DNA of 64,000 nt from Octopus vulgaris (Eukaryota). Within the stretch, counting starts at the first letter, position 1. Each line of letters starts with the position of its first letter. The DNA is taken from positions 59,954,001-60,018,000 of the forward strand of contig OX597817.1 in the NCBI GenBank assembly GCA_951406725.2, in the 5' to 3' direction. A model generated the notes under the pieces. The model was not told the DNA's origin and searched no databases. It worked only from the letters and a program-made list of their open reading frames with translations. Both the position numbers and the translations under genes were made by a program. Shown here piece after piece: positions 51,874 to 63,947 of this stretch.

Positions 51874-53212
51874 TCGGGGTTGGAACAAAAGTTGATACCA
51901 TTTTTCAGCTGGTCGCATTTAAACATGATTTCATTTCTCACGTAACAGAAACAAAGGACATATTTTCTGAAAGGTCACATTTCCACATGTCTTTCCATAG
52001 CATTACTGTTGTGAATATTTTATGTCTACCATTTTTACATTAAATGTGAAAACGGAGGAAAATAAGATACATTTTTGTCATTCGATGTTCTTTAATTTCT
52101 AGAAAGGAAAAATTATTGTACAAATAACAAAGAAGATCTGTGCCGTTTATGGAGACAGTGCTAGAACTGAGAGGGTTGTTTGGAAGTGGGTTGTTAGGCT
52201 TAGAAGTTAAAATCATCCCGAAGATGAAGGTCAAATTGAAATGCTAATTGAAAAATAATCCAGGTCACATGACATGAGACACTACAGAAATATTCCACAG
52301 ATCTCATATAAGTGTTATAAGGCATTTAAAAGCAGTTGGATATGCAAATTATTATGATGCTTGGATGGTTTAAGTTAATGGAAGAAGAATTTAAAGGACT
52401 GCATTTCCATCAGTGATTCTCTGCTCAAATGCAACAAAAATGATCCATTTTTGAAGAAAATGATTACAGCTGATGAAAAATGGATTCTTTAGAATAATGT
52501 GGAATGAGAAAAGTACCAAAGAAAATGAGATGAATGACCTTTAATCACTCCAAAGTTTGGTTAGTAACCAAAGCTGAATCTATCTATCTGGTGGGATTGG
52601 AAAGGAATTGTGTATTATGAGTTTGCTCTGCAAAATCAGACAATTATTGTTCCCAATTAGAATGGTTAAAGGAGGTAATCAAGGAAAAATGTCCAAAATT
52701 GGTCTCTCAATCAATGTTAGACCTAATGCTTCGTTGCAGACCTACCAAAAATTGGTACAACTTGGCTGGGATGTCCCACCACACCCACCTGATCGTTCAC
52801 CTTCAGATTAGCATTTATTCTGATTCACACAAAATTCTATCAATGAGAAGAACTTCAATTTTTTGGAAGACTGTAAAAACCACTTTGAAAGATGCCAAGT
52901 TCTGAGAGGATAAAAATCATGCAGCTGCCTCAAAGACTGGGGAAGGTAGCAGGACAAAATGGGACATACATGATTAAATATGTGTACAAATATCTAAATA
53001 TTTAAGAAACACACAAAAACCTTTAGATTCACTTCAACATTTAAATTTAATTTGTCAAAATGGCTTATAAACACCTTCCACGCTGCAATTGTTTTCGTTC
53101 CAGCACATAATCTCAGATCAGGTTACTTGCTATGCAAGTACATCTCCGTAATATCTAAATATTGTTTTTGAATTTTATTTAACCAATGGTATGCACTTTT
53201 GATCCAACCTTA
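51874..53212 (+). mobile_element. Decayed mariner DNA transposon
   Basis: Broken transposase motifs KKICAVYGDSA, PFLKKMITADEKWIL, WWDWKGIVYYE, QLGWDVPPHPPDRSPSD. Imperfect TIRs ggttggaacaaaagttgatacca / tggtatgcacttttgatccaacc. Many stops and frameshifts. Confidence 0.85.
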
Positions 53213-53397
53213 TATTTAATAGATATACACAAACATTTATCCTGTATAAAAATTGGTCTAGCATCTAACCTAAAGAAATCAATATTTTTCAAAATTTTCT
53301 TAGTATTATTAAAGTGTATTGAACTATTTTATGAACACACACACACACACACACACACGTGCATGTGAACACAAAGGGAGGTAATTAGCGGTCTTAC

Positions 53398-53557
53398 ATT
53401 GTACATTAACAAAAGATTCCCGATATTTGTTTGTGAGGAGTGGATCTGGTAAATCTCGAAGAAACTGTTTCAGGAGAGCAGAAGCATCATTCGGTAACAT
53501 ATTCCTCCAATCAAATCTCCCTTGATAGAACTGTTCTTCCAAGTCATTCCGAAGAAT
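53398..53557 (-). CDS. RhoGAP exon
   Basis: ctctccag|ILRNDLEEQFYQGRFDWRNMLPNDASALLKQFLRDLPDPLLTNKYRESFVNVQ T|gtaaga, containing the LLKxFLRDLPxPLLT motif. Confidence 0.95.
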
Positions 53558-54188
53558 CTGGAGAGAAGAAATATGTTAAGTGAAAAAAATATAAAGAACT
53601 TCCACAGCGTTTAACCCTTTTGACATTCCCATTACTCTCTGTTAATTGCTAATCTTTATTTATTCCCATTGTTTTCAATTAATCCAGGTTTATGTTGTAG
53701 ATTTGAGATTTCAATGATGTGATTGTTTATTTTTGGAATGGCATTGTAGGGGAAGTGTAAGAGGTTGAATCCAGCCAGTTTGGACATAAAACGGGGAGAC
53801 TATAAGGGCCAAACATGACTGGTTTAAATGCTAAACATTTGAAGTTTTAATATGGTTTTGTAACTTTTTTTTTTACCTATTTGATATCAATTTATTTCTA
53901 TGTTACCAGAGTTTGGTTACTGATTGTTCCTACATATAACATGTTGATTTGTATGGAAATAAAATAATATATTATGGAGAACATTCTTAGGAGAAAACAT
54001 TCATTTGACAGTTATGTTTTCCCCAAGACAACATGGTCGAAGAGCGAGCTTCTTAACTAAACGGCCATGCCGATATCTATGCAGTTTGTTATTTCAAACT
54101 AATACAATCGCTGTACATTATTCTGAAATATTTAGAATGAAACAAAACTTTAAAGACGATACAGCATCATTTTTGAAATATAATTTAC

Positions 54189-54266
54189 CTTAATTCTGCT
54201 GGTGGCTCCTGGTATTCTAAGGATTCCTTCAACATGGACACCATAGATTGTTAGAAAATCTATCAA
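54189..54266 (-). CDS. RhoGAP exon with catalytic arginine finger
   Basis: ttttag|LIDFLTIYGVHVEGILRIPGATSRIK|gtaaat, containing the EGILRIPG motif. Confidence 0.93.
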
Positions 54267-54458
54267 CTAAAAGCAGAAAAAAAAAAAGTAAAAATCACTG
54301 AAAATTATGCAAAGCAGAACAAGAATAGAGAATACGACAGAAAAGAAAATGGTTTCCTTTTTTGCTGCTTTACATCCAGATTCCTGTGACTGCATGGGTT
54401 GGAACACTTCCATTGCAATTGCTTTTACAGCTTGAGATGGGTGAGAGAGAGAGAGGGT

Positions 54459-54510
<52 letters not shown>

Positions 54511-54859
54511 GGAAAAGAGAGATGGATGGATATATGTGAAATTGGAGTCAGGATATAAAATGCCCAAATTTAAACTTGGAAATATATAGTACTACTTCCG
54601 ATAGTACTGGGTAATTCTGAAGGAAGTGGAAGAAAGAAAGACAGATAGCCGCTGGTCATGTGTGAGCAACAAGGGAGTCAAGGAGGGAGAGTAAGAGAGA
54701 GAGAGAGAAATAACAATCCCAGTAATAGACTAGTATCTTGTTTGTCAACTGCCAAAAGAATGAAAGGTGAAGTTGACATTAATGGAATTTGAATCTTGTA
54801 CGCATAAAGGCATTCTGTCAGTCACTTGTACCAATTTCCTGCTGTATTTTGGAACTTAC

Positions 54860-54951
54860 CTGCTGGAAGAATAAAGGCACTGCTAAGTGTGGATATCGCT
54901 TCTGGTCATTTTCCAACTGTGTTTGCAAAGCAACACCAAACACTCCATGAT
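54860..54951 (-). CDS. RhoGAP exon (start of GAP domain)
   Basis: ttcttttcccacag|DHGVFGVALQTQLENDQKRYPHLAVPLFFQQ|gtaagt, containing the FGVxL motif. Confidence 0.92.
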
Positions 54952-57801
54952 CTGTGGGAAAAGAAATTAAGAACTTCATACAAATCCTTCATCCTGATAA
55001 CTACTGGACTGGAGGGGGACTTGTAATTTTCTATGCTTTCATGGGTCAGATGGAATATACTGGGATGGATTTTCTACAGCCAGATACCCTTCCTCACCAG
55101 TTTCCAAGGATCTTAACCATATGTATTCTCTATGCAGATATAATGTTTTTGTTTTTTTTAATACCAAAATCTCAATTAAATCTCGCAGTGTTGTTCTTGA
55201 GCAGTTAAATGATTTGGTGACATTTTTGAAGGTTGCAACGATCATACTTGTACCTGTAAAAGACACGCACTTAGCAGGAGAATGGTGGCTGTAAATTGGA
55301 TAAAATTCTATCTGATGGTGCCGGCATGGTTTCTACAGCTGCATACTCTTCCTAATGCCAACCACCATGCAGAGCTTTTTATGTGGTACCATCACCTGTG
55401 CTTTTTATGTGACATCATCACCTGTGGTTTTTGCATGGTACCATCACTGACAAGATCACCAAGTACCTTGCAGGACAAAACCCTCTCAACTTGGAGGTGG
55501 GGGGTAGTATTGAGCGGGTATGGATTTGTGCCAGTTGAGAGATTTAAGGCATGGAGGAGACAAATATAGGTGTCATGCAGCTGGAAAATAAGAGTAAGAT
55601 GGAGAGTAAGATAAAGGGAGCGGTGGGGAGAGAGATGACGGCAGGGATATGTTGGAATATGCCCTTGAGGGACATTGGAGGTGGTGAGGTGATATAAAGG
55701 CTTGGGCTGAGTGGGTGGGCAGAATGAGGAGACTGTAGCAAATGATGGAGAGAAACATGAGCAGGAAATATGTGAGAGAGTCAAGAGAGGAGTTGGTGAT
55801 GGAGAGCAGAAGGGAAAGAAGGGGCAGAAAAGAGGTGATTGGTAGAAGAAGGTAACAATAGGCAGGGGAAGAAGGTAACTGGGGGTGGGGAGTAAAGGTA
55901 ACTAAGAAAGCCAGTGGGGTGTAGTTTGGGTATATTCTGCTCTCAGGTGATAGAGGAAGTGATGGGTGTTAATGGATGAAATGTGGATGGGGGAGAAGGT
56001 TGATGGAGCAGAGACCCTCATGGACAAGCTTTACTAAGGTGGTTTTAGGCAATACACACATACACACACACTGGGCAAACATTTTTGCTGTTTCACTCTT
56101 TTTTCTTTACTCTTACCTCACCACTCTCAATAAATAATTTCATATCAGTTGAACACAGTCATTCTGACAAATACCTGTACAAGTTAAAGAGGGACCAAAA
56201 TATTTTGGGGCAAGGAAATAGGTTAAGCAGTCTAGCATTCCAAGGCATTATGCAAAATTCAATGATCAATAATATTCTCCATTCTGGAATACAAAATGGA
56301 ACAAGGAACAATATGGATTATGGTCAGTAATGTTTTAGCAACATCAGAAATTCCTTTAATTAAGCAAGACAATTATTGAATGTTGACACACAAGATGCAT
56401 CCTTTAACCCTCTAGCAATAATAAATGTAAAAGGTCATGCTTTTTCCGTCATAAGTCCCCTTGGAAGGATTTGTGAGCTTTACAAACCCAGCACATTTTT
56501 TATTCTGGCATATATAATGTGGGTCTCGAAATCTGACCATATTTATTGGTCATCAATAAAATGGAAAATTTAAACATGTGGTGCTCCCTGATGGCAATTA
56601 TATCAAGGGAGATAATCACTTCTGATAAATCATGACAAGATTAGAAGTTAGAATTTTAAATAGAATGGCAACACTGACGATACACAGAATATGGTTATTA
56701 AATATATTTTTTAATCTTTTACTGGTTTCAAATATCAGACTGTGGCTATGTTGGGTTGTATGATCTCTCCTTTAAATCTAAAAATATTCTCTCCTTTAAA
56801 TCTAAAATGATCTCTCCTTCAATCTAAAAATAATTGTGAAACTTTGAATTTTCTTCAGCACATATAATGCCAAAGAGCTCAAGGGCAGCATGGAATTTGG
56901 GAATCAGAGTATATACTGCTGAGCTACACTTTGGTTCGTTTCAATGTCCAAGATGTAGATATGCCATAGAATAAGATCAAATGTATTTCTAACCATTCTT
57001 TGGGCAATACAGGATCACTCTGGCTTTGTTAGTTTTTTCAATATGAAGCTCTGGGGGATTAACTGTGATAGCCAAAGTTACTGCAACAGCGAATTCAGTC
57101 TCAACTCAAAGATGACAAATAAAATAGAATAAACAGCAAAACCAAATTTATCAAAATTGCTTCTGTGAAGAGAAATTTGTCACCAAAATTAACAGCCAAA
57201 ACATAACATTTCGTTTCTGCAAAGTACTTTTTTTAAAGTCAACTTGAAACACATACAATGACACGTCATTGTTTTAAAACAAGATGCAGGAAATAAGTTT
57301 TTTTACATTCCTTTCTAAATGCTTCTTCTATAAATTAATGGCAGGAAGAGCATGAGTTTGGCTGAGGGAAATAGGTATTTTGTTAGGAAATATTGTGAAT
57401 AAACTTTATGAATAAATATTAAGAAGTCTAAGATTATTTTCTGAACGCTGTATTGTTAGGGAGTAAAGCAAAGTTGTGAGGCTTGAGAAGAAAAAATATG
57501 ATGGATTAGATGACATGGCCATAGCAAATTTTTTCTTTCTGCTTTTTTTGTGGGAAAACTAAAGCAAAAAAAAAAACCTCAACAACAGCCCAAGACTGTT
57601 GTGAGACTAAACAACTAACTTGTAATTTTAAAAATGCACAGAAGCCAAATAAATTTTTAAAAAAAGGGGGTTATCATTTAATATTTTTTTAAAGGGTAGC
57701 TGTGGGGCATCAGTGTATTTTGTGTCAACTAAAAAAACATTCAAGACTGCAGGTATCCATGCAACTGGGTTGTTTCTGCAGAGAAACATGCTCCACACTA
57801 C

Positions 57802-57918
57802 CTGGTATTTCTGGACAAGGTGACAGCATTGTTGCTGGGTGTACAGCAATGAGGTCAATTATACGCTTTTCCCCACTTTGGGTGTTGGGTTTTTTATGAT
57901 GGGTCTGTTTATTTCCAG
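57802..57918 (-). CDS. RhoGAP candidate cassette exon (39 codons)
   Basis: cccttacttccag|...CCAG|gtagtg. 117 nt, phase 1-1, open frame AGNKQTHHKKPNTQSGEKRIIDLIAVHPATMLSPCPEIP. No homology support. Confidence 0.4.
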
Positions 57919-58139
57919 CTGGAAGTAAGGGATTTTTTTTCTTTTAAGACATTACAAACTAAATCTGATTTTTATCTTGTAACAAATTCATTCATTGCCC
58001 TTTGAAATTTCCTAATTCATACAACAATCGTAGAATAATAATAATAGTGGGGCCTTTTACATGTCCTTCATATCAAAATCCACACTTGGAAAAAAATTAA
58101 TGATTTATCTAACTATAAGAATGTGTGTGTGTGTGTGTG

Positions 58140-58339
58140 TGTATTCTTTTATTTGTTTCAGTTGTTTGACTGTGGCCATTTTGGAGCATCGCCTGTAGTC
58201 GAACAAATCAACCCCAGGACTTATTCTTTGTAAGCCTAGTACTTATTCTGTCAGTCTCTTTTGCCAAACCACTGAGTTACGGGGGACGTAAACACACCAA
58301 CATCAGTTGTCAAGTGACGGAGGGTGGACTAACACAAAC

Positions 58340-58370
<31 letters not shown>

Positions 58371-58880
58371 CACACAAAAAAAAAAAAACTGCCTTCTTTC
58401 AGTTTCCCTCAACCAAGTCCACTCACAAGGCTTTGGGACTGAACCTGGAACCATGTGGTTGGGAAGCAAGCTTCTTACCATACACCAACGCCTGCACCCA
58501 TATATATATATATATATATATATACATGCACGCACACACACACACACACACACACATTTATCTTTTACTCTTTCCCCGTTTCAGTCACTGGACTGTGGCC
58601 ATGTTGGGCCACTAACTTGGAGGGTTTAGTCAACAAATTGACCTCAGTACTTTTTACATTCTTAATCAGGTACTTATTCTATTGGTCTCTTTTTGATGAA
58701 CTGCTAAGTTATGGGGACATAAAGAAATCAACACTGGTTCTGAAGCAGTGGTAGGGAACAACACAAAAAGATATATGTATACATTTAATATATATATATA
58801 TATATAGACCCCCCACACACATCCACACAACAGGCTTGTTTCATTTTCTTTGGCTGGTCTAGAGCTGTAGTAGAAGACAC
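58140..58880 (-). mobile_element. Two tandem minus-strand CORE-like SINEs
   Basis: Tail-first copies at 58140-58497 and 58560-58880. Other copies at 12325-12645 (-), 16015-16310 (+), 20924-21110 (+), 45910-46335 (+), 60520-60900 (+), 63745-63930 (-). Confidence 0.75.
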
Positions 58881-59077
58881 TTAGAATTATTTCACATTCT
58901 GTCAAAAGTTTATAAATTCCTACGACTTCAACTATCTATCTTTATACAGGGTGTGGTGGATAAATTGCCAAAGTTTAATACAACGATTTTGCTATGGAAT
59001 GGTGAAACTATTATTTCAATTTCTGAAAAAGCAAAGTTTTGGACTTACAACACTTTTGCATAACGAATGAACAACCG

Positions 59078-59370
59078 CATCATCATCATCATCATCATCA
59101 TCGTTTAACGTCCGCTTTCCATGCTAGCATGGGTTGGAGGGTTCAACTGGGGTCTGGGATGCCCGAAGGCTGCACCAGGCCAGTCAGATCTGGCGGTGTT
59201 TCTACAGCTGGATGCCCTTCCTAACGCCAACCACTCCGTGAGTGTAGTGGGTGCTTTTTACGTGCCACCGGCACGGAGGCCAGGTGAGGCTGGCACAGCC
59301 ACGATCGGATGGTGTTTGTTACGTGCCACCAGCACGGAGGCCAGTCGATGCGGTGTTGGCTACGGCCACA
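59078..59370 (-). mobile_element. RTE-type SINE-like retroposon
   Basis: (CAT)8 start on + and family core. An inverted copy lies at 62728-63020. Confidence 0.85.
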
Positions 59371-59522
59371 ATATGCATACAAATATTTATTAAGGTGTAA
59401 AAGTTTGGTGATTTATTTAAAAATGGTATTAATTAACCATTGACATTCATCAGTATAACAACAGTTATAAAATAAAATATTCAAATGAAAAACAAAAAGG
59501 ATGAAAAAAAACTTGCAGTTAC

Positions 59523-59685
59523 CTCGTGTTGTTTTTTTCCCTTTTCTCTGGCAATCCTGGATGCCATAGTGTTCAAACAGCATGGACAATTCAATGACAG
59601 CAAGACATTGCAATCTTGAAAGATCACCAGAGCTCAGATCACTCAGAGTGGTATGACCTTCTTCACGATTCTCTAGTATAAAGTT
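59523..59685 (-). CDS. RhoGAP ARHGAP18/28/40 (Conundrum-like), first visible exon
   Basis: cccctag|NFILENREEGHTTLSDLSSGDLSRLQCLAVIELSMLFEHYGIQDCQRKGKKTTR G|gtaact. Resembles the pre-GAP segment of ARHGAP18 (GTTRIGDLAPQDMKKVCHLALIELTALYD). Confidence 0.88.
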
Positions 59686-59796
59686 CTAGGGGAATAAAAA
59701 TCAAAAATAATAATTAAAAAAATTAATATGCAACAAAACATAATTATGATAATGATTTATGGATCTTTAATTAATTCTTGGTAGATTCGTGTCGAC

Positions 59797-60277
59797 TTCT
59801 CCTTTACGACAAATTTGTGTTCATAACACTCTTGATTTATTAGCAGAAGGGGACTTTGGGACACCTGGTGTTTTGACATGGTTGTAACTCTTCAGTCAAA
59901 GCTATCTTGGACAAATAGATTTAAGAGATTGTGACCCTTGTATATAACTTCTGCAAACAAATTATCTGCTGATGCAAGCTGATATCTACCAACTAATAAT
60001 AAACCATTATATTCAGAGAGAATGGTGAGAATCAAAATGATGACTTACATATTAATTCAAATATGACTATGCTAATTGCTGGTGTATCTTATTGATGGAG
60101 AACAAGTTTTCCTTTCAGACAAATGTGTCTTCATAACACACTAAACTCATTAATGTAAGGGGACTTTGGGACACCTACTGTTTTGACATTGTTGTGTCCC
60201 CTCAGTTCAAACTATTATGGATGAATGAATCTAACAAGAATTTGTGGCCATTGTTTATAACTTCAGCAAACAAATTA
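59797..60277. repeat. Diverged direct duplication of about 170 bp (59797-59964 and 60108-60277)
   Basis: Shared blocks ttcataacac, aaggggactttgggacacct, tgttttgacat, tataacttc(t/a)gcaaacaaatta. Confidence 0.85.
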
Positions 60278-61521
60278 GAATTAAGTCAAACTAGTGTGAT
60301 TATTTTTGTGTCAGTGAAATTAACTGGTGACACCAGGGTTTGAATGTATGGGAAGTGGCACACTGGAGCAAGAACTGATTATTGATGAGGTTGTAAATAA
60401 AAACAAACACAAAGCGTTGCACCTGGAAGCTTTTTCAAGGGACAACTTTGCACAGAATTATTCTGAAATTCTTAATTCTTTAAAAGTAAAAAAAAATCAT
60501 TTCTCCTTTTCTTTCGCTAGCTTTGCAACCACATGGCTTCAGGTTCTGCCTCACTGCACGACACTTTTGGTGTCTTCTACAATAGATCTAGGCTGACAAA
60601 TGCATTGTGTATGAATTTGGTAGATGGAAACTGTGTGGAATCCTATCGTGTGTGTGCGTTTCAGTGTGTTTGTCATCCCCTGCTACTTGACAGCTGGTGT
60701 TGGTTTGTTTACATCCCCATACTTCAGTGGTTTAGCAAAAAAGACTGGTAGAATAAGTACCAAACTTATAAATAACATAAATACTGGGGTTGATTTGTTT
60801 GACTAAAACCCTTCAAAGTGGTGCCCCAGCATGGCCACAGCCCATGCTGAGGCAAATGTTGGTTTGTTTACATCCTTGTAACTTAGCAGTTCAGCAAAAG
60901 GGAGAGGATGAATATAATGAAGAGCATGTTCTGACAGAGGATAAGCATTTAAGAAAAAAATTGTGATATCATTAATTATAGAGGTTAAAAAAATTTAGTA
61001 GTTCTGCTTTTTTCGGTTAACAAAATCTCTGCTTATTGATCAAAGCAAACCTGGGAAATAATACTTTGTTGATGAGGTGTAATGGTCTAATAAGGCTGAA
61101 ACATGTTTGTAAACCATCATCTCATCTGCTTACAAAGAACTAAGTTTCAGTGAAATTAATTCTTTCTTTCAATTATCTCCCTTGTTCTTTGTTGCCAACA
61201 CTTGCTGCTAAGGTTTTGTTTATTTTCTCAATCTCAAAGTCAAATTTTAAGCCATTTAGAATTATCTTCATACAGTCAGAGTTATTTGCCTTGGTTCACT
61301 TTATATACATCCATATTTACATGTTGATGTATATCAAATTTTAATACCAGATGTAAATACTATTCAATCATAGCAATCAACCAAAGTTGATGGCTAAAGA
61401 AAGGGCGACTTGGTTTCATATAGATAACACACTGACCAGTATCCTTCCTTTTTCCTTCAGATCTTTTCTTGTTTCTTCTCTCTCTCTCTCTCTCTCTCCT
61501 TGTTTTCTATTTTTCCCTTCT

Positions 61522-61740
61522 TAAGGTGGCAAGCTGGCAAAAATGTTTGCAAGCTAGGCGAAATGCTTAGCGATATATTTCATCTGTCTTTACATTCTGA
61601 GTTCAAATTCTGATGAGGTTGCCTTTGCCTTTCATCCTTTTGGGGGTCGATAAATTAAGTACCAGTTGCATACTGGAGTCAATCTAATCGACTGGTCCCT
61701 TCCCCCAAAATTTTGGGCCTTGTGCCTAGAGTAGAAAAGT
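61522..61740 (+). mobile_element. Second tRNA-derived SINE family
   Basis: aaggtggcaagctggca...gagttcaaattc...gcctttcatcctttgggggtcgataaattaagtaccag. Degenerate copies at 7862-8045, 27870-28015, 44460-44610, 47830-47970, 49340-49565 and 51145-51310. Confidence 0.75.
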
Positions 61741-62214
61741 CTATTTTTACTTCTATTTTCTTTCTTCTTTCCTCTTTCCCTATCTTGATGTGCTGGACTC
61801 TGAAGACAATAGCATTTTTAACAGTTGTTCACTATTTTCAGTCGATCAATAGATCAATTGAATAAACTGAACCATGAACGCACCCAAAATGCATACCAGA
61901 AACAGCTGTAAGTCTACAATGCACAAATAAATGTATAATGCCCATTATTTATGACTTTTCTTGCATTCCCATGTGCATGTGCGTGAGTAATCATCTTATG
62001 AGGAGTACAGATTGTTTAAATGAATAATTTCAAATGAGGGAAAACATAATATATGTGGATGGCCATTTTCATTGTTGGTCAATGGCATTGCAAAGGCAGT
62101 AATTCAACCATTTCTGCTGTGCCTGACATGTTTCTGGAAGCAAGGGCCTAACCCCAACTATATTTACCTCCTCTCCACAATCAAAAAATCAGTCAATAGA
62201 TTCACAGCATCCAC

Positions 62215-62632
62215 AGAGCCACAAAGTGATGGCATCACTTTGTCTCCAACAATTCGGTGCGGCACCAGTGCAGAATCACCTCCCTCTGACAAGTCATCCT
62301 AATGAGACATCTGCATTGGCTGGGTCATGCCCTCCGTCGTCAACCAGGAGAATTCATCTACGAAGCAATTGATCCAGCTCTCCTTCAGGGTTGGCGAAAG
62401 CGTCGTGGTGGACAACAAAAAACCTAGCTGATGATGGTCAAGGCTGATCTGGAACCCAACCTAGGCCCCCATATCTACGGCATTCGCCGCTGGAATAAGG
62501 AGTGGTTGGAGATCACGCGGTTGTTAGCCTCAAATCGCCAGGCCTGGTCAGCGTTTGTGAGAGATGCAGCATTGAGGATAAATGAAGCCAGCTCAACCCA
62601 CCCCGGGTGAATGCTGTAAGAAGAAGAAGAAA
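62215..62632 (+). mobile_element. RTE-clade LINE 3' end (5'-truncated)
   Basis: RHLHWLGHALRRQPGE...GWRKRRGGQQKT*...ADLEPNLGPHIYGIRRWNKEW...NRQAWSAFVRD, followed by a (GAA)n tail. Confidence 0.8.
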
Positions 62633-63329
62633 ACAGAGTCACAGGGGAGCCAGATTATGGTCAATTATGGCCATACATATCTGCCACAGGGTCAAAGCAG
62701 AGGCATATCATACTATCACAAATCATACTGCCTGACTGGCACTCGTGCTGGTGCCACGTAATAAGCACTATTCGAGTGTGGATTGATGCCAGTGCCACCT
62801 GACTAGCAGCCATGCCAGTGGCTTGTAAAAAGCACCATTTGAGCTTGGGTAAAAAGCACCCATGACACTCTCGTAGTGGTTGGCATTAGGAAGGGCATCC
62901 AGCTGTAGAAACCTTGCCAGAACAGACCTTGCCAGAACAGACTGGCTTACCAGTTCTCAGTCAAACTTTCAAACCCATGCCAGCATAGAAAGCAGACGTT
63001 AAATGATGATGATGATGATGTTCCTCAGAGTCTAGTTTCAGATGGAGTCAGTCTTTCATTAATTTGTCATTAGTCATTAGTCAGTTTGTTGGGTGTGACA
63101 GAAAAAAAAGTGCATTGTTGCTGATGTTTTAAACCTCAGATCAGTTTCTGACTGAAAAGATCCCTGACCAAAAGTATCCAACCATGACTATTGCTCATGA
63201 GTCAGGCTGATAAATGGACATTTTTAACATATTTAGTTTTATGTATATCACCTGTTGATGGTGAGGAGTGGGGGTGGAGTTCAGATCTGTCACCAGCACT
63301 GCATGGGATCTTGTGTGTGTGTGTGTAAG

Positions 63330-63632
63330 TGCATGGCTTAGTGGTTAGGGCATCCAGCTTATGATCACAAGGTCACAAGTTCAATTCCTGGCAGCACATT
63401 GTGTCCTTGAGCAAGCCACTTTATTTCACATTGCTCCAGTCCACTCAGCGAGCAAAATGGGTAGTAACTATATTCTGTATTTCAAAGGGCCAGGCTTGTC
63501 ACATTAAGACTACATTAAGGGTACGCCTGTGTGTAGAGTACTCAGCCACTTGCAGGTTAATTTCACGAGCAGGCTGTTCCCTTTGATTGGATCAACTGGC
63601 ACTCTGTTGTAACTGATAAAGATGCCAGTTAG
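63330..63632 (+). mobile_element. Third tRNA-derived SINE family
   Basis: tggcttagtggttaggg A-box, agttcaattcc B-box, tgtgtccttgagcaag central domain. Its 3' part also occurs at 25235-25350. Confidence 0.7.
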
Positions 63633-63947
63633 TTTTTTACACACACACACACACACAAGATAAATGCTTGAAAAAATCTTTGCATTTAGGATCCTATAGA
63701 GAATCAAGGATACTCAAAGAGTTTGGAGAAATGCTAGTTTTATGTGTGTGTTTGTTTACACATACATGATGGGCTTCCACACAATTTCCATCTGCCAATT
63801 TCATTCACAAAGTATTTGCTCAGCCTGGAGTTCTGGTTGAAGACACTTGGCCAAGGTGCTGTGCATTGGGACTGAACCAGAGACCATGTGGTTGCAAAAC
63901 AAACTTCTTAACAACTACAGCCATGCCTGTGGCCAAAGGTATTAACA

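Noticed and set aside
55165-55253. Possible RhoGAP exon (cttttacag|GTSMIVATFKNVTKSFNCSRTTLRDLIEIL|gtatta)
   Set aside because: 89 nt, ending in phase 0 while the next exon needs phase 1, with a weak donor and no homology. At most a poison exon.
59797-60277. Duplicated segments as mutually exclusive coding exons
   Set aside because: Stops in the frames examined and no matching acceptor/donor pair in both copies.
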